In this document: in pieces, positions 30,360 to 39,788 of the stretch
How the letters are laid out: each line of letters starts with the position of its first letter
Numbering within the stretch: position 1 is the stretch's first letter
Translations under genes and position numbers: made by a program
NCBI GenBank assembly: GCA_963676915.2
Contig: CAXXVK010000003.1
Coordinates: 1 to 63,932 of the forward strand
From: Myxococcota bacterium
GTDB taxonomy: Bacteria > Myxococcota_A > SURF-8 > G963663525
Length of the DNA stretch: 63,932 bases
Reading direction: 5' to 3'
Notes under the pieces: model-generated
The model's database searches: none
What the model was told of the DNA's origin: nothing
Seen by the model: only the letters and a program-made list of their open reading frames with translations

Positions 30360-32639
30360 TTATCTTCCGACACCGAGAGCACGAAAATCCTCGTCGGTGA
30401 AATGCTTCAATGCACGGTAATGCACGGTCAGGCAATGGTACACGTAATCCAGGCGGCATTCGTCGTCGAAGAAATCGCCCGGAATCGCACCGAGCGCTTT
30501 TTTGACGTTCGGCAGGTACCAGACCGAGCCGGTTTTGTATTGCAACTGACGAATGAAGCGCATGGTCAAGTGCACGATTTTACGGTATTTTTCGGCCCGA
30601 ACGGTGTCTTTGCGATGTACGGCCAGCCGCCACGCGGCGACGGTGCCTTCTCCGAATACCCCGGTGTTCCACAAGGGAAAATCGTACTGGCTGTGGCTTT
30701 TCTTGATGCCCCCCACGTAATCGGGGAACCACGTTTCGTTCGGTCCGTAGGCAAACCAGTTGTCGTTGAGCCAATCCGCCATGGCAAAAGTGAATTCGGC
30801 GGCCCGGTCGTCGCCCGTCTGGCGGGACAACTCGGACATTGCCGCCATTTCCCAGGGCACGTATGCGCCAAACGATCCTTTATGACGCGGATTGGAGCGT
30901 TTTTTGAACCACTCGAAATAGTAATCGATGATCCGTTGCAAATGCTCGATATACCGTTTGTCCGGATAAATCTCGTGCAACATGATCAGACCGAGATTGG
31001 CCTCACCCGGATAGATCAGGATTTCCTTGCGGTTGGGTTCCTCTCCCGGTTTGGTGTAGATGCTCTGGTACGGTCCCACCGGTTTGCGCATTAACATGAT
31101 GTGCTCGGCCAGCGCCTTCATTGGCCGTTTCCATTCGGGTATCGGCGACAAACCGTGATAGATCGCCATCGCTTGGAGCAGGCAACCTACACCGCCGAGT
31201 TTGTATTTGCGGTCATACTTTTCATGGTGGAAAAACGCCATGTCCCGACCCTGGGGCGTTTTGGCGTATTCGAGACGTTCCACGACGTAGTCTATCGCCT
31301 TTTTTCCCGCATCCAGATAGCGCTTTTCTTTTGTAATATCGTAGGCTTGCAACAGTGTCATCGTAGCCAGCAGGTGGCGGATCATGTTGTACTTGTATTT
31401 AACGACTTTGTTCTGCACGGCGTAATAGCTGTACATGAACATGCCGGTTTCACTGTTGAACGCTCGCAGCAGCCATTCGGCTCCAGCGGTGAAAGAACGC
31501 AGAATCTCGGCCTTGTCCATCGTTTCCGCGTCGATGAATTCCCAACCCCGCCACAGGCGAAGCACCTGCCCACCGGGGGAGCGTTCGGTCAGATCCACGG
31601 TTCGGAAGGTTCGAATCTCGGCTTTTTTCCAGCAATCGGCGGGCATCCGATATTCCGAGCAAATTTCGTTCAACAAAGCCGTCGACGTGCTCAACGGAAC
31701 GTATTTGGTCCGTTTTTTGGGCTTTTTAACCTCTTTTTTGTGGAATTTGACGAATTCGGGCGGGATGCGCAGAATACGCCCTTCGTTGGTGCGCAACTCG
31801 ATCCCGTCGAGTCCCAAAGAAATCCGCTCGCGCAACGTTTGTACTCGTGTATCGGCGATTTCGGTGGATTCCCGGTCCTGATGCAGGGTCAGGGTCAGCC
31901 GGGGAAGTTGCTCGCGCAAAGGTTTCAAATCGCTTTCCGACCACTTCTTTTCGAAGGCTTTTATAGCGGCGTCGATGGCTTCACCGGGCGTGCTTCCCTC
32001 ACCGTCGATACGACCGATGGCCTCGATAGCGCCACGCGCATCGGCGGCTCTCAACCCGGCATGAGCCTTGCCGTCAAGATGAGGCTTTGCAAATATTTCC
32101 GGCAACTTGGCCGAACGTCCGGCCAGTCGATCCCGAACGTAGGCCATGACCGTTCGGTCCCGTTCATCGTCCGGCACAAATGCCGGATGCGTCGGTGCAA
32201 GCATCACCGTCTGGGCATCGACCGACACCGGAGAGAGATGATCCAGGCGACCGTTGGTGTGAATTCGGAAACGAACGGAGCCGTTGGGGGTTCCCGGTTC
32301 GGGTTTCGAGACGCGATCCAGCAACAACAACCCGGTGCGCCTCTGCGCGAGTTGGCGTGCAACGACTTCTTCGTCCTCACCGTCCAACGCCTGTGCTATC
32401 GCCGGAACGGTTTCCAGCGTCGTTGCTTCCGCTCCATACGTTGCAGCCAGACTGGCGCGTTTTGCAGGCAGCAGGATGCGTTTTTCACCACCCGCGTGGC
32501 TTATGCGTTCGACAAGCCCTTTGCGACCTTCGGAAAAAGATGGATCGTCAGCGGTAGACGTTGCCTTTTCAGGACAACCCGGAACGAAAACAAGCAAAGA
32601 ACCGATAAAAAAAATCACCGGGATCAAGCGGTGAATCAT
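30360..32639 (-). CDS. Lipoprotein with degenerate AMMECR1-like segment and (alpha/alpha)-barrel-like domain; distant paralog of the neighbour
   Basis: Lipobox VPGC; LGLDGIEL; GMFMYSY...YNMIRH, YPGEANLGL, FIRQLQY..GSVWYL...ECRLDY. Confidence 0.7.
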   Translation of the reverse strand: MIHRLIPVIFFIGSLLVFVPGCPEKATSTADDPSFSEGRKGLVERISHAGGEKRILLPAKRASLAATYGAEATTLETVPAIAQALDGEDEEVVARQLAQRRTGLLLLDRVSKPEPGTPNGSVRFRIHTNGRLDHLSPVSVDAQTVMLAPTHPAFVPDDERDRTVMAYVRDRLAGRSAKLPEIFAKPHLDGKAHAGLRAADARGAIEAIGRIDGEGSTPGEAIDAAIKAFEKKWSESDLKPLREQLPRLTLTLHQDRESTEIADTRVQTLRERISLGLDGIELRTNEGRILRIPPEFVKFHKKEVKKPKKRTKYVPLSTSTALLNEICSEYRMPADCWKKAEIRTFRTVDLTERSPGGQVLRLWRGWEFIDAETMDKAEILRSFTAGAEWLLRAFNSETGMFMYSYYAVQNKVVKYKYNMIRHLLATMTLLQAYDITKEKRYLDAGKKAIDYVVERLEYAKTPQGRDMAFFHHEKYDRKYKLGGVGCLLQAMAIYHGLSPIPEWKRPMKALAEHIMLMRKPVGPYQSIYTKPGEEPNRKEILIYPGEANLGLIMLHEIYPDKRYIEHLQRIIDYYFEWFKKRSNPRHKGSFGAYVPWEMAAMSELSRQTGDDRAAEFTFAMADWLNDNWFAYGPNETWFPDYVGGIKKSHSQYDFPLWNTGVFGEGTVAAWRLAVHRKDTVRAEKYRKIVHLTMRFIRQLQYKTGSVWYLPNVKKALGAIPGDFFDDECRLDYVYHCLTVHYRALKHFTDEDFRALGVGR

Positions 32640-32871
32640 CGTGCCTCCAATCGTATGAATTTCAAGGAATATCGAGAATATTCCATATCTTGTCTACCAT
32701 GGCCATCCCTTGGGTGTCAAACGAAGTTCACGATCAATCAGAGGGAAGAGTGTGAATTTTTTTGAAAAATAGATGGGCGGGTGAGGAACCACCCGACCTC
32801 AAGAATCTGACGTTTTCACTTTGAAATTGCTAAAATGCCGTAGTCTTTTACCGGCGCTGGTAACTTCTTTA

Positions 32872-33732
32872 TTAATATGTGTTACAAGAAATATTCAAAT
32901 AAACCCTAAGCGTATTGCCGCCCACATTTGCATCTAAATAGCTGTAATATGCCCAGTCATCTTCGTACTTAATGTTCAGCTCGGCCGAGCCTGTTCCCAC
33001 TTCGTCGTCGCCGCCGGTAAAAAACCCGTCGTCTTCTTCCCAAGCATGAACATCGATGCGGTATGTCTCCACAAATGACGCTTCTCGAAGAGGTTGACAT
33101 TGGAATAAACTTAAAATGGAACTTGAATTGGCAGAAGAATTGAAGCTATAATTTTGATTTCCTCTAAATGTAGAAACGGCATCCAAATGCATTTCGTCCG
33201 GTCTCGCTCCTGCCGGATCGTAATTTTCGTTTTTTTGGAGCCAAACAAGAGACTCCTGAAAAATGCAGAGCACATAACCCGAATTTTCAGGAGGGTCGGA
33301 GACATACTCCGGATCGTAAATCACAACCACATCGATAGGATCGCTTTCCATGTCGTTTTCACCGATCGCTTTGATTTGCAAGTCGTTGGAGCCTTCCAGC
33401 AACTCGACCTCGATCGACCAGGGAAACACACCTTCTCCCAACTCCTCGTCTAGCTCCTCGCCAAACTCCACCTGCTGGCCGTTGACTTCCACGGAATTCG
33501 AGTAGAACGTAGTTCCTTCTATGGTAATGGAACTTTCTGCCGTGGTCATCTCGCCTTCATCAAAGCCTGCCACGTTGACAAAGGGTTTATGCACCACCTC
33601 GCCGTCTTCGCCCTGGCTATCGAAAGCGTCTTCGGGTGCGTCACCTTTGCCATCTCCTCCACAGCCAAAAGGAAGCAGTAGAAACATCAACAAGCTTATG
33701 GCAAAAAAACGATTTTTACGATTGTAAGTCAT
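32872..33732 (-). CDS. Lipoprotein with Ig-like and C2-like beta domains
   Basis: Lipobox PFGC; ITIEGT..VEVNG..LLEGSNDLQIKA Ig-like pattern; IDVHAWEEDDGFFTGGDDEVG C2-like pattern. Confidence 0.7.
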   Translation of the reverse strand: MTYNRKNRFFAISLLMFLLLPFGCGGDGKGDAPEDAFDSQGEDGEVVHKPFVNVAGFDEGEMTTAESSITIEGTTFYSNSVEVNGQQVEFGEELDEELGEGVFPWSIEVELLEGSNDLQIKAIGENDMESDPIDVVVIYDPEYVSDPPENSGYVLCIFQESLVWLQKNENYDPAGARPDEMHLDAVSTFRGNQNYSFNSSANSSSILSLFQCQPLREASFVETYRIDVHAWEEDDGFFTGGDDEVGTGSAELNIKYEDDWAYYSYLDANVGGNTLRVYLNISCNTY

Positions 33733-33942
33733 GGTGTCCCCCCTTTGGATGTTGAAATGTTTTCTCTATATTAACCCCGTGATAACAAAACAAGCAACTT
33801 CTTGTACATAGGCACACAAACAAAAGCCCTCGACCGGCGACAGTCAAGAGCTTTGCATGATTGAGTAAAAGATCCTCATTTCCTGCGATATAGACGCCAA
33901 CTTAATGGAAATTCACGATGAAAGAGCATGAATACCGTCGGG

Positions 33943-34875
33943 TCAGACCATCGGTTTCATGCTTTCAATGGCGTATTCCAGTCCCGAAGCCAAGGAAGAT
34001 CTGCTGATGATTTTTTCAAGATCGACTCCCAGGTGTACAAAAGTCTGAGCTATAGCGGGGCGCACTCCTGTCAGAATGACTTTTGCTCCGAGCAATTGCA
34101 CGGCGCTCGAGGCTTCCAGCAAATGCCTTGCGATTTGCGTATCTATAGCCGCTACACCGGTAATGTCGATCAAGACAACCTGTGCCTGGTTTTTTGCAAC
34201 CCCATTTAGCAGAACTTCCGTAAATTTCTCTGCTCGCCTGGAATCCAGAGAGCCGATGAGGGGAGAAACAAGAACTCCATCCCAAACCTTTAAAACCGGT
34301 GTAGATATGTCAATGATTTCACGAGCTTGTGCTTCTACTCGATTGGAAGTTTTGATCTGTCGCAAGCGATCGAGTCCCATTTGAGCGGCAATCTCGGAAA
34401 AAGTAGTCAGGAATTTCAAAATTCCGGGCAACCGACCTTGATCCACGATGGGAACGGCCTTCAACGCTTCCATATAGTCTTCCATATCGAATCCATATTT
34501 AGAAGCCTGTTGCCTAAAACCGTCAAGATCCGGCTCATCGAGAAGGAATTGCCCAACAAATGCATTGGCGATGTGCTCACCCTCAATAATGATGGGAGAC
34601 GCGGCGTCGGTCAACCCAAGCTTGCATTTGTATACGTTAACCTTGTTTCCTTCCTCGATCATGTTGGCAATCTGCGTATCGCTCTCCAAACATAGTTTGC
34701 AAGATTCCTCGTTGACTCGGTGAAAATCGGTGCAGATCCGATTCCAACCCGCAGCAGCAAGAATATTGCCCTCAAGATCTATAATCGCGGAAGGAATATC
34801 AATCGTAGAAGAAAAAGCCTCTAGAAGATCCTCGATCTTTGACATATCCACCAGTTGGTCAAGTCGATATTTCAT
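33943..34875 (-). CDS. PocR sensory domain fused to an RsbR-like STAS domain
   Basis: WNRICTDFHR..CLESD..YKCKLGLTDAASPI (PocR); STPVLKVWDGVLVSPLIGSLDS, IDITGV, TGVRPAIAQT (STAS). Confidence 0.9.
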   Translation of the reverse strand: MKYRLDQLVDMSKIEDLLEAFSSTIDIPSAIIDLEGNILAAAGWNRICTDFHRVNEESCKLCLESDTQIANMIEEGNKVNVYKCKLGLTDAASPIIIEGEHIANAFVGQFLLDEPDLDGFRQQASKYGFDMEDYMEALKAVPIVDQGRLPGILKFLTTFSEIAAQMGLDRLRQIKTSNRVEAQAREIIDISTPVLKVWDGVLVSPLIGSLDSRRAEKFTEVLLNGVAKNQAQVVLIDITGVAAIDTQIARHLLEASSAVQLLGAKVILTGVRPAIAQTFVHLGVDLEKIISRSSLASGLEYAIESMKPMV

Positions 34876-35079
34876 TTTGTTTCTCCGAGTAAGAAAACGA
34901 TTCCAAAATACGTCGGCAAAAAGAAGTCACATGTCGGATAATTCGTTATTCGACAAATTCCGGAAATCATCCAATGAACGTGTAGATCCCTCCCATGTCA
35001 GATGTGATGAGTAAATTGATAACGGTATTATACACCCAAAGGATCAGGGAGGCAAAACAATCAGGAAAGAGTTTTTCTC

Positions 35080-35281
35080 GGGTGCATCACAAAATATAGT
35101 AACTTTCGTAAAATCCTCTTTTTTCGTAGCGGCGAGGCGTAAGCCCGCCGTTTTTGCCTTTTAAAAGTTGCTTTTATACCCCCAATCTCCCTTTTCGGCG
35201 GGCTTACGCCTCGCCGCTACAACCAAATGAATGAATGCTTCGATATTATTGGGCCAATTCGCACCATTTTGTGATGCACCC
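35080..35281. mobile_element. MITE-like element with perfect TIRs enclosing a GTAG REP doublet
   Basis: GGGTGCATCACAAAAT / ATTTTGTGATGCACCC; flanks GTTTTTCTC and GTTTTTCGC (8/9 direct repeat). Confidence 0.8.
35126..35220. repeat. GTAG-type REP doublet (REPIN-like)
   Basis: GTAGCGGCGAGGCGTAAGCCCGCCG (35126-35150) and its exact reverse complement (35196-35220), 45-bp spacer. Confidence 0.8.
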
Positions 35282-35359
35282 GTTTTTCGCAATTTGGCCG
35301 AATAAGTATTGCGCCATCTTGCTTTCATGCCTCACAGTAAAATTTCGTTCCATGAAACG

Positions 35360-35397
35360 AAAAAGGACGTCGGAAGTTTGACCTTCCGACGTCCTTT
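35360..35397 (-). terminator. Rho-independent terminator of the beta-barrel gene
   Basis: AAAGGACGTCGGAAG-TTTGAC-CTTCCGACGTCCTTT stem with an A-run on the left (U-tract on minus). Confidence 0.7.
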
Positions 35398-35420
35398 CAA
35401 TATCCATATTTAGTTCCGGA

Positions 35421-36437
35421 TTAGAAGGAAACTCCCGCGTTGACCACCAGCCTCCAGGTTTCCTGATCGTCGTGCTTCGGCGGCAGTTGGAATTGCACGC
35501 CGACCATGGTGTTGAAATTGTCGCTCCGGTAGCCGATACCTGGAGTAATGAAATTGTACATCAAGCTTTCCGGGATCAGCCACAGAGTTCCCGAAGGCGT
35601 CACGGATACATACATGCCTTTGTAAATGCTCAAACTGATGGGCAGGCCGTAATCGACGCCGAAATAATCGTCATCGGCCAGCACGTTGGGAACGCGGTTG
35701 GGGAAACGCGCCTCTTTTTTATCCCGGAAAAACGTCCCGTTCATATCGCTTCCAAATCCTTTCGGGTCGTTGTCCGAGTTCGTGTCGAAGTACTTAGGCA
35801 ACCCCAGAAACGGCTGGAAGGTGAAGCGCCAGACCCGATACCCCAACGTGGCGTAAGGACGCATAAAGAAGTAATCGGCGGACATGAATGTTTCCAGCGA
35901 GTCGTTGCCCAACTCGTTGCTCAAACCGACCAGCACGACCATCGAACCGCTTTCATATACTACGTAATTCGCTCCCAGTCCGATGTGGGCCATCGTCACG
36001 GCGCTCGGAGCGTCGCCTTGGTTGATCGACAGGCCGAAATCGAATTGCAGACCCAGTTTTCCATCGAGCAACGCAATCGACGCTCCGGGATTGAGAATCA
36101 TCCGGGTGACGGTGCGGTCGGAGTAGACGGCATATCCGTTTTCGTCCGTTTGTATGTAGCCGTTACCATCGTCATGGTATTCCCGTCCGGTATAGCCTTC
36201 GTTGTTGAACTGGAAATAAAATCGGGTGCGGGGAAACGGAACCGGGACGGTGGGAGAGTCCGGGTAATCGTTACGGATTTCCCGGCTGCCTTCGTCGTCT
36301 TCACTGCTTCCGTCATCACCGGGTTGATCACGGGGTTCGGGAATGGTGCCCCAGTCTTCGGCCTCTTCGGCGAACGCATTGAACAGGGGAAGGATGAAAA
36401 GCACGAGCGACAAGCAAACGATCAGGCGACGCTGCAT
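35421..36437 (-). CDS. Putative outer-membrane beta-barrel protein
   Basis: ATG 36437 after GAGGAGG; signal ending AFA; alternating beta-strands; C-terminal VNAGVSF. Confidence 0.75.
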   Translation of the reverse strand: MQRRLIVCLSLVLFILPLFNAFAEEAEDWGTIPEPRDQPGDDGSSEDDEGSREIRNDYPDSPTVPVPFPRTRFYFQFNNEGYTGREYHDDGNGYIQTDENGYAVYSDRTVTRMILNPGASIALLDGKLGLQFDFGLSINQGDAPSAVTMAHIGLGANYVVYESGSMVVLVGLSNELGNDSLETFMSADYFFMRPYATLGYRVWRFTFQPFLGLPKYFDTNSDNDPKGFGSDMNGTFFRDKKEARFPNRVPNVLADDDYFGVDYGLPISLSIYKGMYVSVTPSGTLWLIPESLMYNFITPGIGYRSDNFNTMVGVQFQLPPKHDDQETWRLVVNAGVSF

Positions 36438-36527
36438 GAAGACCTCCTCGATCACAACGGGAAAAAAGTTTGTCCTATTTATAACACAAAAGAAGAACAA
36501 TGGAGAAAAATTCCCGAGTTTGCCTAC

Positions 36528-36607
36528 GGCAGTGTCGTCACTTGCCCTATAACTGCATGGTAAACCTAAGCTTACGGTTTAGCTATATACCATGTGACGA
36601 CACTACC
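36528..36607. mobile_element. 80-bp miniature TIR element (IS remnant)
   Basis: GGCAGTGTCGTCAC / GTGACGACACTACC (13/14 inverted match); right half recurs at 14820-14865. Confidence 0.6.
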
Positions 36608-36719
36608 AAGGGTTTGGATAGGAAGATCGATTTGGAAATCATGATATACTCTTCCTGTGATGTGGATTCGTTGAAGTTTCGCACTTTGGAGTATCATGAT
36701 TTAAAATTATCGTAGCGAC

Positions 36720-36736
36720 CTTAAGGGTTCCTTAAG
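36720..36736 (+). promoter_or_regulatory. CTTAAG-N5-CTTAAG direct repeat, candidate OmpR-family (PmrA/QseB-type) binding box
   Basis: Exact hexamer repeat with 11-bp period, about 90 bp upstream of an OmpR-family regulator. Confidence 0.5.
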
Positions 36737-36826
36737 CTTGCTTTGATACGTTCACACTCGGTGAAGAATTGTTGGATTGTTCCGCCTCGGTCGAAACGAG
36801 GCAGCAGACTTTGGGAGCAAAACATT

Positions 36827-37498
36827 ATGGAAGAGACCATTCTACTCATCGAGGACGACAAAGAGCTGGGCACCCAAATCATCAAGTATTTGCACCGTGG
36901 AGGATTTCGGACCCTGTGGGATACGGAGGGAGAGTGGCTTCTGCCCGGCTCGCTCTCTTCGATTTCCTTAGTGATCTTGGATCTGATGCTACCTGAAACA
37001 CCCGGGTTGGATATCCTCAAAAGGCTGCGGACGTTTTCGGATGTCCCCGTCCTGGTGCTCAGTGCTCGCAACAACACCCAGGACAAAGTACGTGCCCTGC
37101 AACTGGGTGCGGACGACTACATGACCAAGCCCTTCTGGCCCGAAGAGCTGATGGAAAGGGTCCATGCGCGTCTTCGCAGACCGATGATGGCGCATGGAGA
37201 ACCCATACAGTTCGGGCCGGTGGCGTTGGATCTCGGCTCGCGCACGGTCAAAGTCGATGACAAACCGGTGGATCTGACCAAGGTGGAGTTCAACCTGCTG
37301 GCGGCACTGGCTTCACGCGAGGGAGAAGCCATCACAAGGCGCTGGCTGGTGGATCACGTCCTCGACCCGGACAAAGACGGCACCGAACGCACGTTGGATG
37401 TCCACGTTTCCCGATTGCGCAAAAAACTGAAAAGCAAAAGCCTGATCGAAACCGTCTGGGGCATCGGATATCGGTTGAATGCCGGGGAGCAAGCATGA
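36827..37498 (+). CDS. OmpR-family response regulator
   Basis: ILLIEDD, LDLMLP, GADDYMTKPF, RTLDVHVSRLRKKL, TVWGIGY. Confidence 0.96.
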   Translation: MEETILLIEDDKELGTQIIKYLHRGGFRTLWDTEGEWLLPGSLSSISLVILDLMLPETPGLDILKRLRTFSDVPVLVLSARNNTQDKVRALQLGADDYMTKPFWPEELMERVHARLRRPMMAHGEPIQFGPVALDLGSRTVKVDDKPVDLTKVEFNLLAALASREGEAITRRWLVDHVLDPDKDGTERTLDVHVSRLRKKLKSKSLIETVWGIGYRLNAGEQA

Positions 37499-39102
37499 CG
37501 CTTCGCTTGCGATTGCTGTTGACCATGTTTGTCATCGGCCTTCCCTTGACGGGGCTGTTCTGGTGGTTCGGTGTGACCCTTCAGAACAGGATGGAAGAAG
37601 ACAAACAGGCGCAGTTCATCGTGGTATTCATGAAAAACAGGGGAAGAGCAGCCTGTGAAGCCTCCCCGGAAAACTGGAATGGAAGCCTGTTCAGGGATTT
37701 CATGCCCGATTTTCATCATCGACCGCCTCCCGACCGGAACGAGTCGTCCGAATGGATGCCCCCGCCTGGATTTTCCTCTCCTGATTTCGATCCTTCCGAC
37801 AGACCGAGACCACCGGAACCTAAACATTTCGACAGAGGCCCGATGGGACCGCCTCCCGACATGGATCAATGGGGACCACCCGGAAAAGGCCCACGAGGAA
37901 GACCGCCTTCGATGCCTCGTCTTTATGCGTACGATGCACAGTTGCACTCGTCCAATTCGTCCGCTCCGTCGTTGAGCGAGGATCTGCTCGACGACTTCGA
38001 CTCCGCCTCTACAGGCCATGTTCTCGCCGACGATCTTCGAGACGAAGACGGGGAACGGATGCTGGTCAAAATGCCGTGGGATGAAGGTCCGTGCGTGTAT
38101 ATCCTCGCCCATAAAATGGTTCCCCGACCGTTCATTTCGTGGGAACCGACGAATCCCCGGTTTTTGATCTGGCTGTTGCCGATTCTTTCCGCCATCGTAG
38201 CTCTGCTTTTGACCATCGGCCCGGTGGTTTCCCGCGTACGTCAACTGACCAAAGAAGTCGGGGCATCGGAGGCGGCTCGGTATTCACCGGAAATCACGGT
38301 GAAAGGGAAAGATGAAGTCGGGCGACTGGCGCAGGCGTTCAAAGATGCGGCAAACGAAATCCGCGTCTATATCGAAAGCCAGGAACGCCGCGAACGAACC
38401 TTACGCGATTTTCTCGAAAACACCACTCACGATGTCATGATTCCCCTTACGGTTTTGCAGGGACATTTATCGACATTGAACGAAAAACACCCGGAAGATG
38501 ACGAGGATGCGGAGATCATCGAGTCGGCCATTCACGAAAGCAACTACATGGCGTCGTTGATCCACAACCTCGCGGTCGCCGCTAAACTGGAAGCGGGCGA
38601 ACCGAAAGCACAATGGGGAAACGTCAATCTTAACGGTATTTTAGAAAGAATCCTGCTGCGCCAGCGTCCGGTAGCGGTCCAGCACAACGTCTCATTGGAT
38701 AGCGCCGTGCCGGACGTAAAACTCGCCGTACGGGGAGACGTGACCTTCATCGAGCAGGCCGTCACCAACGTGGTCTACAATGCCATTCGCCACAACCAAC
38801 CCGGCGGACACGTCGCGATGATCCTGGAAACGATGGACGACAACCGCTTCAATGTGCGGGTGATCGACGACGGTCCCGGTATCCCGGAAGAGGAGCGCCA
38901 ACGACTGGTAGAACGTTTTTATCGGGGCAATGCCGCTCGAACGCGTGACCCCGGTGGACATGGGCTCGGCCTGAATATTGCCTACCAGATCGTCAAACTT
39001 CACGGCTGGAGTCTGGAGTTGAATGACTCCGAATACGGCGGCCTGCAAGTGGATATTTCCGGGCCATTGCTTGTGGAAACGGACGATTCAACGACTTCCT
39101 GA
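37495..39102 (+). CDS. Membrane sensor histidine kinase (HAMP, HisKA, HATPase) with Pro-rich periplasmic region
   Basis: Two TMs; DEVGRLAQAF HAMP; TTHDVMIPL H-box; NVVYNAIRH, DDGPGI, GHGLGL; ATGA overlap with the regulator. Confidence 0.95.
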   Translation: MTLRLRLLLTMFVIGLPLTGLFWWFGVTLQNRMEEDKQAQFIVVFMKNRGRAACEASPENWNGSLFRDFMPDFHHRPPPDRNESSEWMPPPGFSSPDFDPSDRPRPPEPKHFDRGPMGPPPDMDQWGPPGKGPRGRPPSMPRLYAYDAQLHSSNSSAPSLSEDLLDDFDSASTGHVLADDLRDEDGERMLVKMPWDEGPCVYILAHKMVPRPFISWEPTNPRFLIWLLPILSAIVALLLTIGPVVSRVRQLTKEVGASEAARYSPEITVKGKDEVGRLAQAFKDAANEIRVYIESQERRERTLRDFLENTTHDVMIPLTVLQGHLSTLNEKHPEDDEDAEIIESAIHESNYMASLIHNLAVAAKLEAGEPKAQWGNVNLNGILERILLRQRPVAVQHNVSLDSAVPDVKLAVRGDVTFIEQAVTNVVYNAIRHNQPGGHVAMILETMDDNRFNVRVIDDGPGIPEEERQRLVERFYRGNAARTRDPGGHGLGLNIAYQIVKLHGWSLELNDSEYGGLQVDISGPLLVETDDSTTS

Positions 39103-39165
39103 TCCAAATCACTCACAAACGTTGAAAACAAGTATATGTCGGGCAAATGTTTTACCCGGCATTTC

Positions 39166-39771
39166 TTATTTACTGCTATTGCACGAGCATTCGACTTCTA
39201 AACGGTAGGCTCCCGCCGCCATGTCGTAGCCGTCCACGACAGTATAGTAGGTCACTCCCTTTTCGGCGTCGAACGTGACGCTTTCCTGATTCTGTATGTC
39301 CTGCGGCGTAGAGGAACAGGCGAGGCCCGAAAAAGCTTCGCAACTCGACAGCAGAAACAGGTCGAGATCCTTTGCTTCGGTAGGAATCAGCCTGACGACG
39401 ACCTCGCAGTCGTCGTCAGGCGTCAAAGCGTAAATCACTTCCCGGCCGGATTCGTAACGTGCCGTGCAGGAATACCCGCTCCACGTATCGTCACGGCCGG
39501 TTTCTTCACTATTTCCGGCAACTTGAGAGTTGCAACGAAGCAAAAAAGGCTCATCGCAACCACCGGAGCCGGAGATGTCTTCAGGCTCCGTTTCGGTCCC
39601 ATCGCTATCGGTATCGTCCGAATCTTCGGACTCTTCGTCACTCTCCGCTTCGTAAAGATCGCTGTCTCCGTTCGTCCATGGAACGCCCACCGCATCGGCC
39701 ATGCATCCCACGAGGAAAATGGCGAAAAGCAGGCCAACGATCCAACCGAAAGCGGTTTTGCAACGATTCAC
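39166..39771 (-). CDS. Small Cys-rich lipoprotein with PPC-like beta domain
   Basis: Probable GTG start after AAGGA; lipobox LVGC; DLDLFLLSSC, TYYTVVDGY. Confidence 0.65.
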   Translation of the reverse strand: MNRCKTAFGWIVGLLFAIFLVGCMADAVGVPWTNGDSDLYEAESDEESEDSDDTDSDGTETEPEDISGSGGCDEPFLLRCNSQVAGNSEETGRDDTWSGYSCTARYESGREVIYALTPDDDCEVVVRLIPTEAKDLDLFLLSSCEAFSGLACSSTPQDIQNQESVTFDAEKGVTYYTVVDGYDMAAGAYRLEVECSCNSSK

Positions 39772-39788
39772 GACGCGGTCCTTTCGAT

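Noticed and set aside
32774-32799. Hairpin ending CACCCGACCT, similar to 14881-14905
   Set aside because: The match is short and the stem imperfect; it is not enough to define a repeat family.
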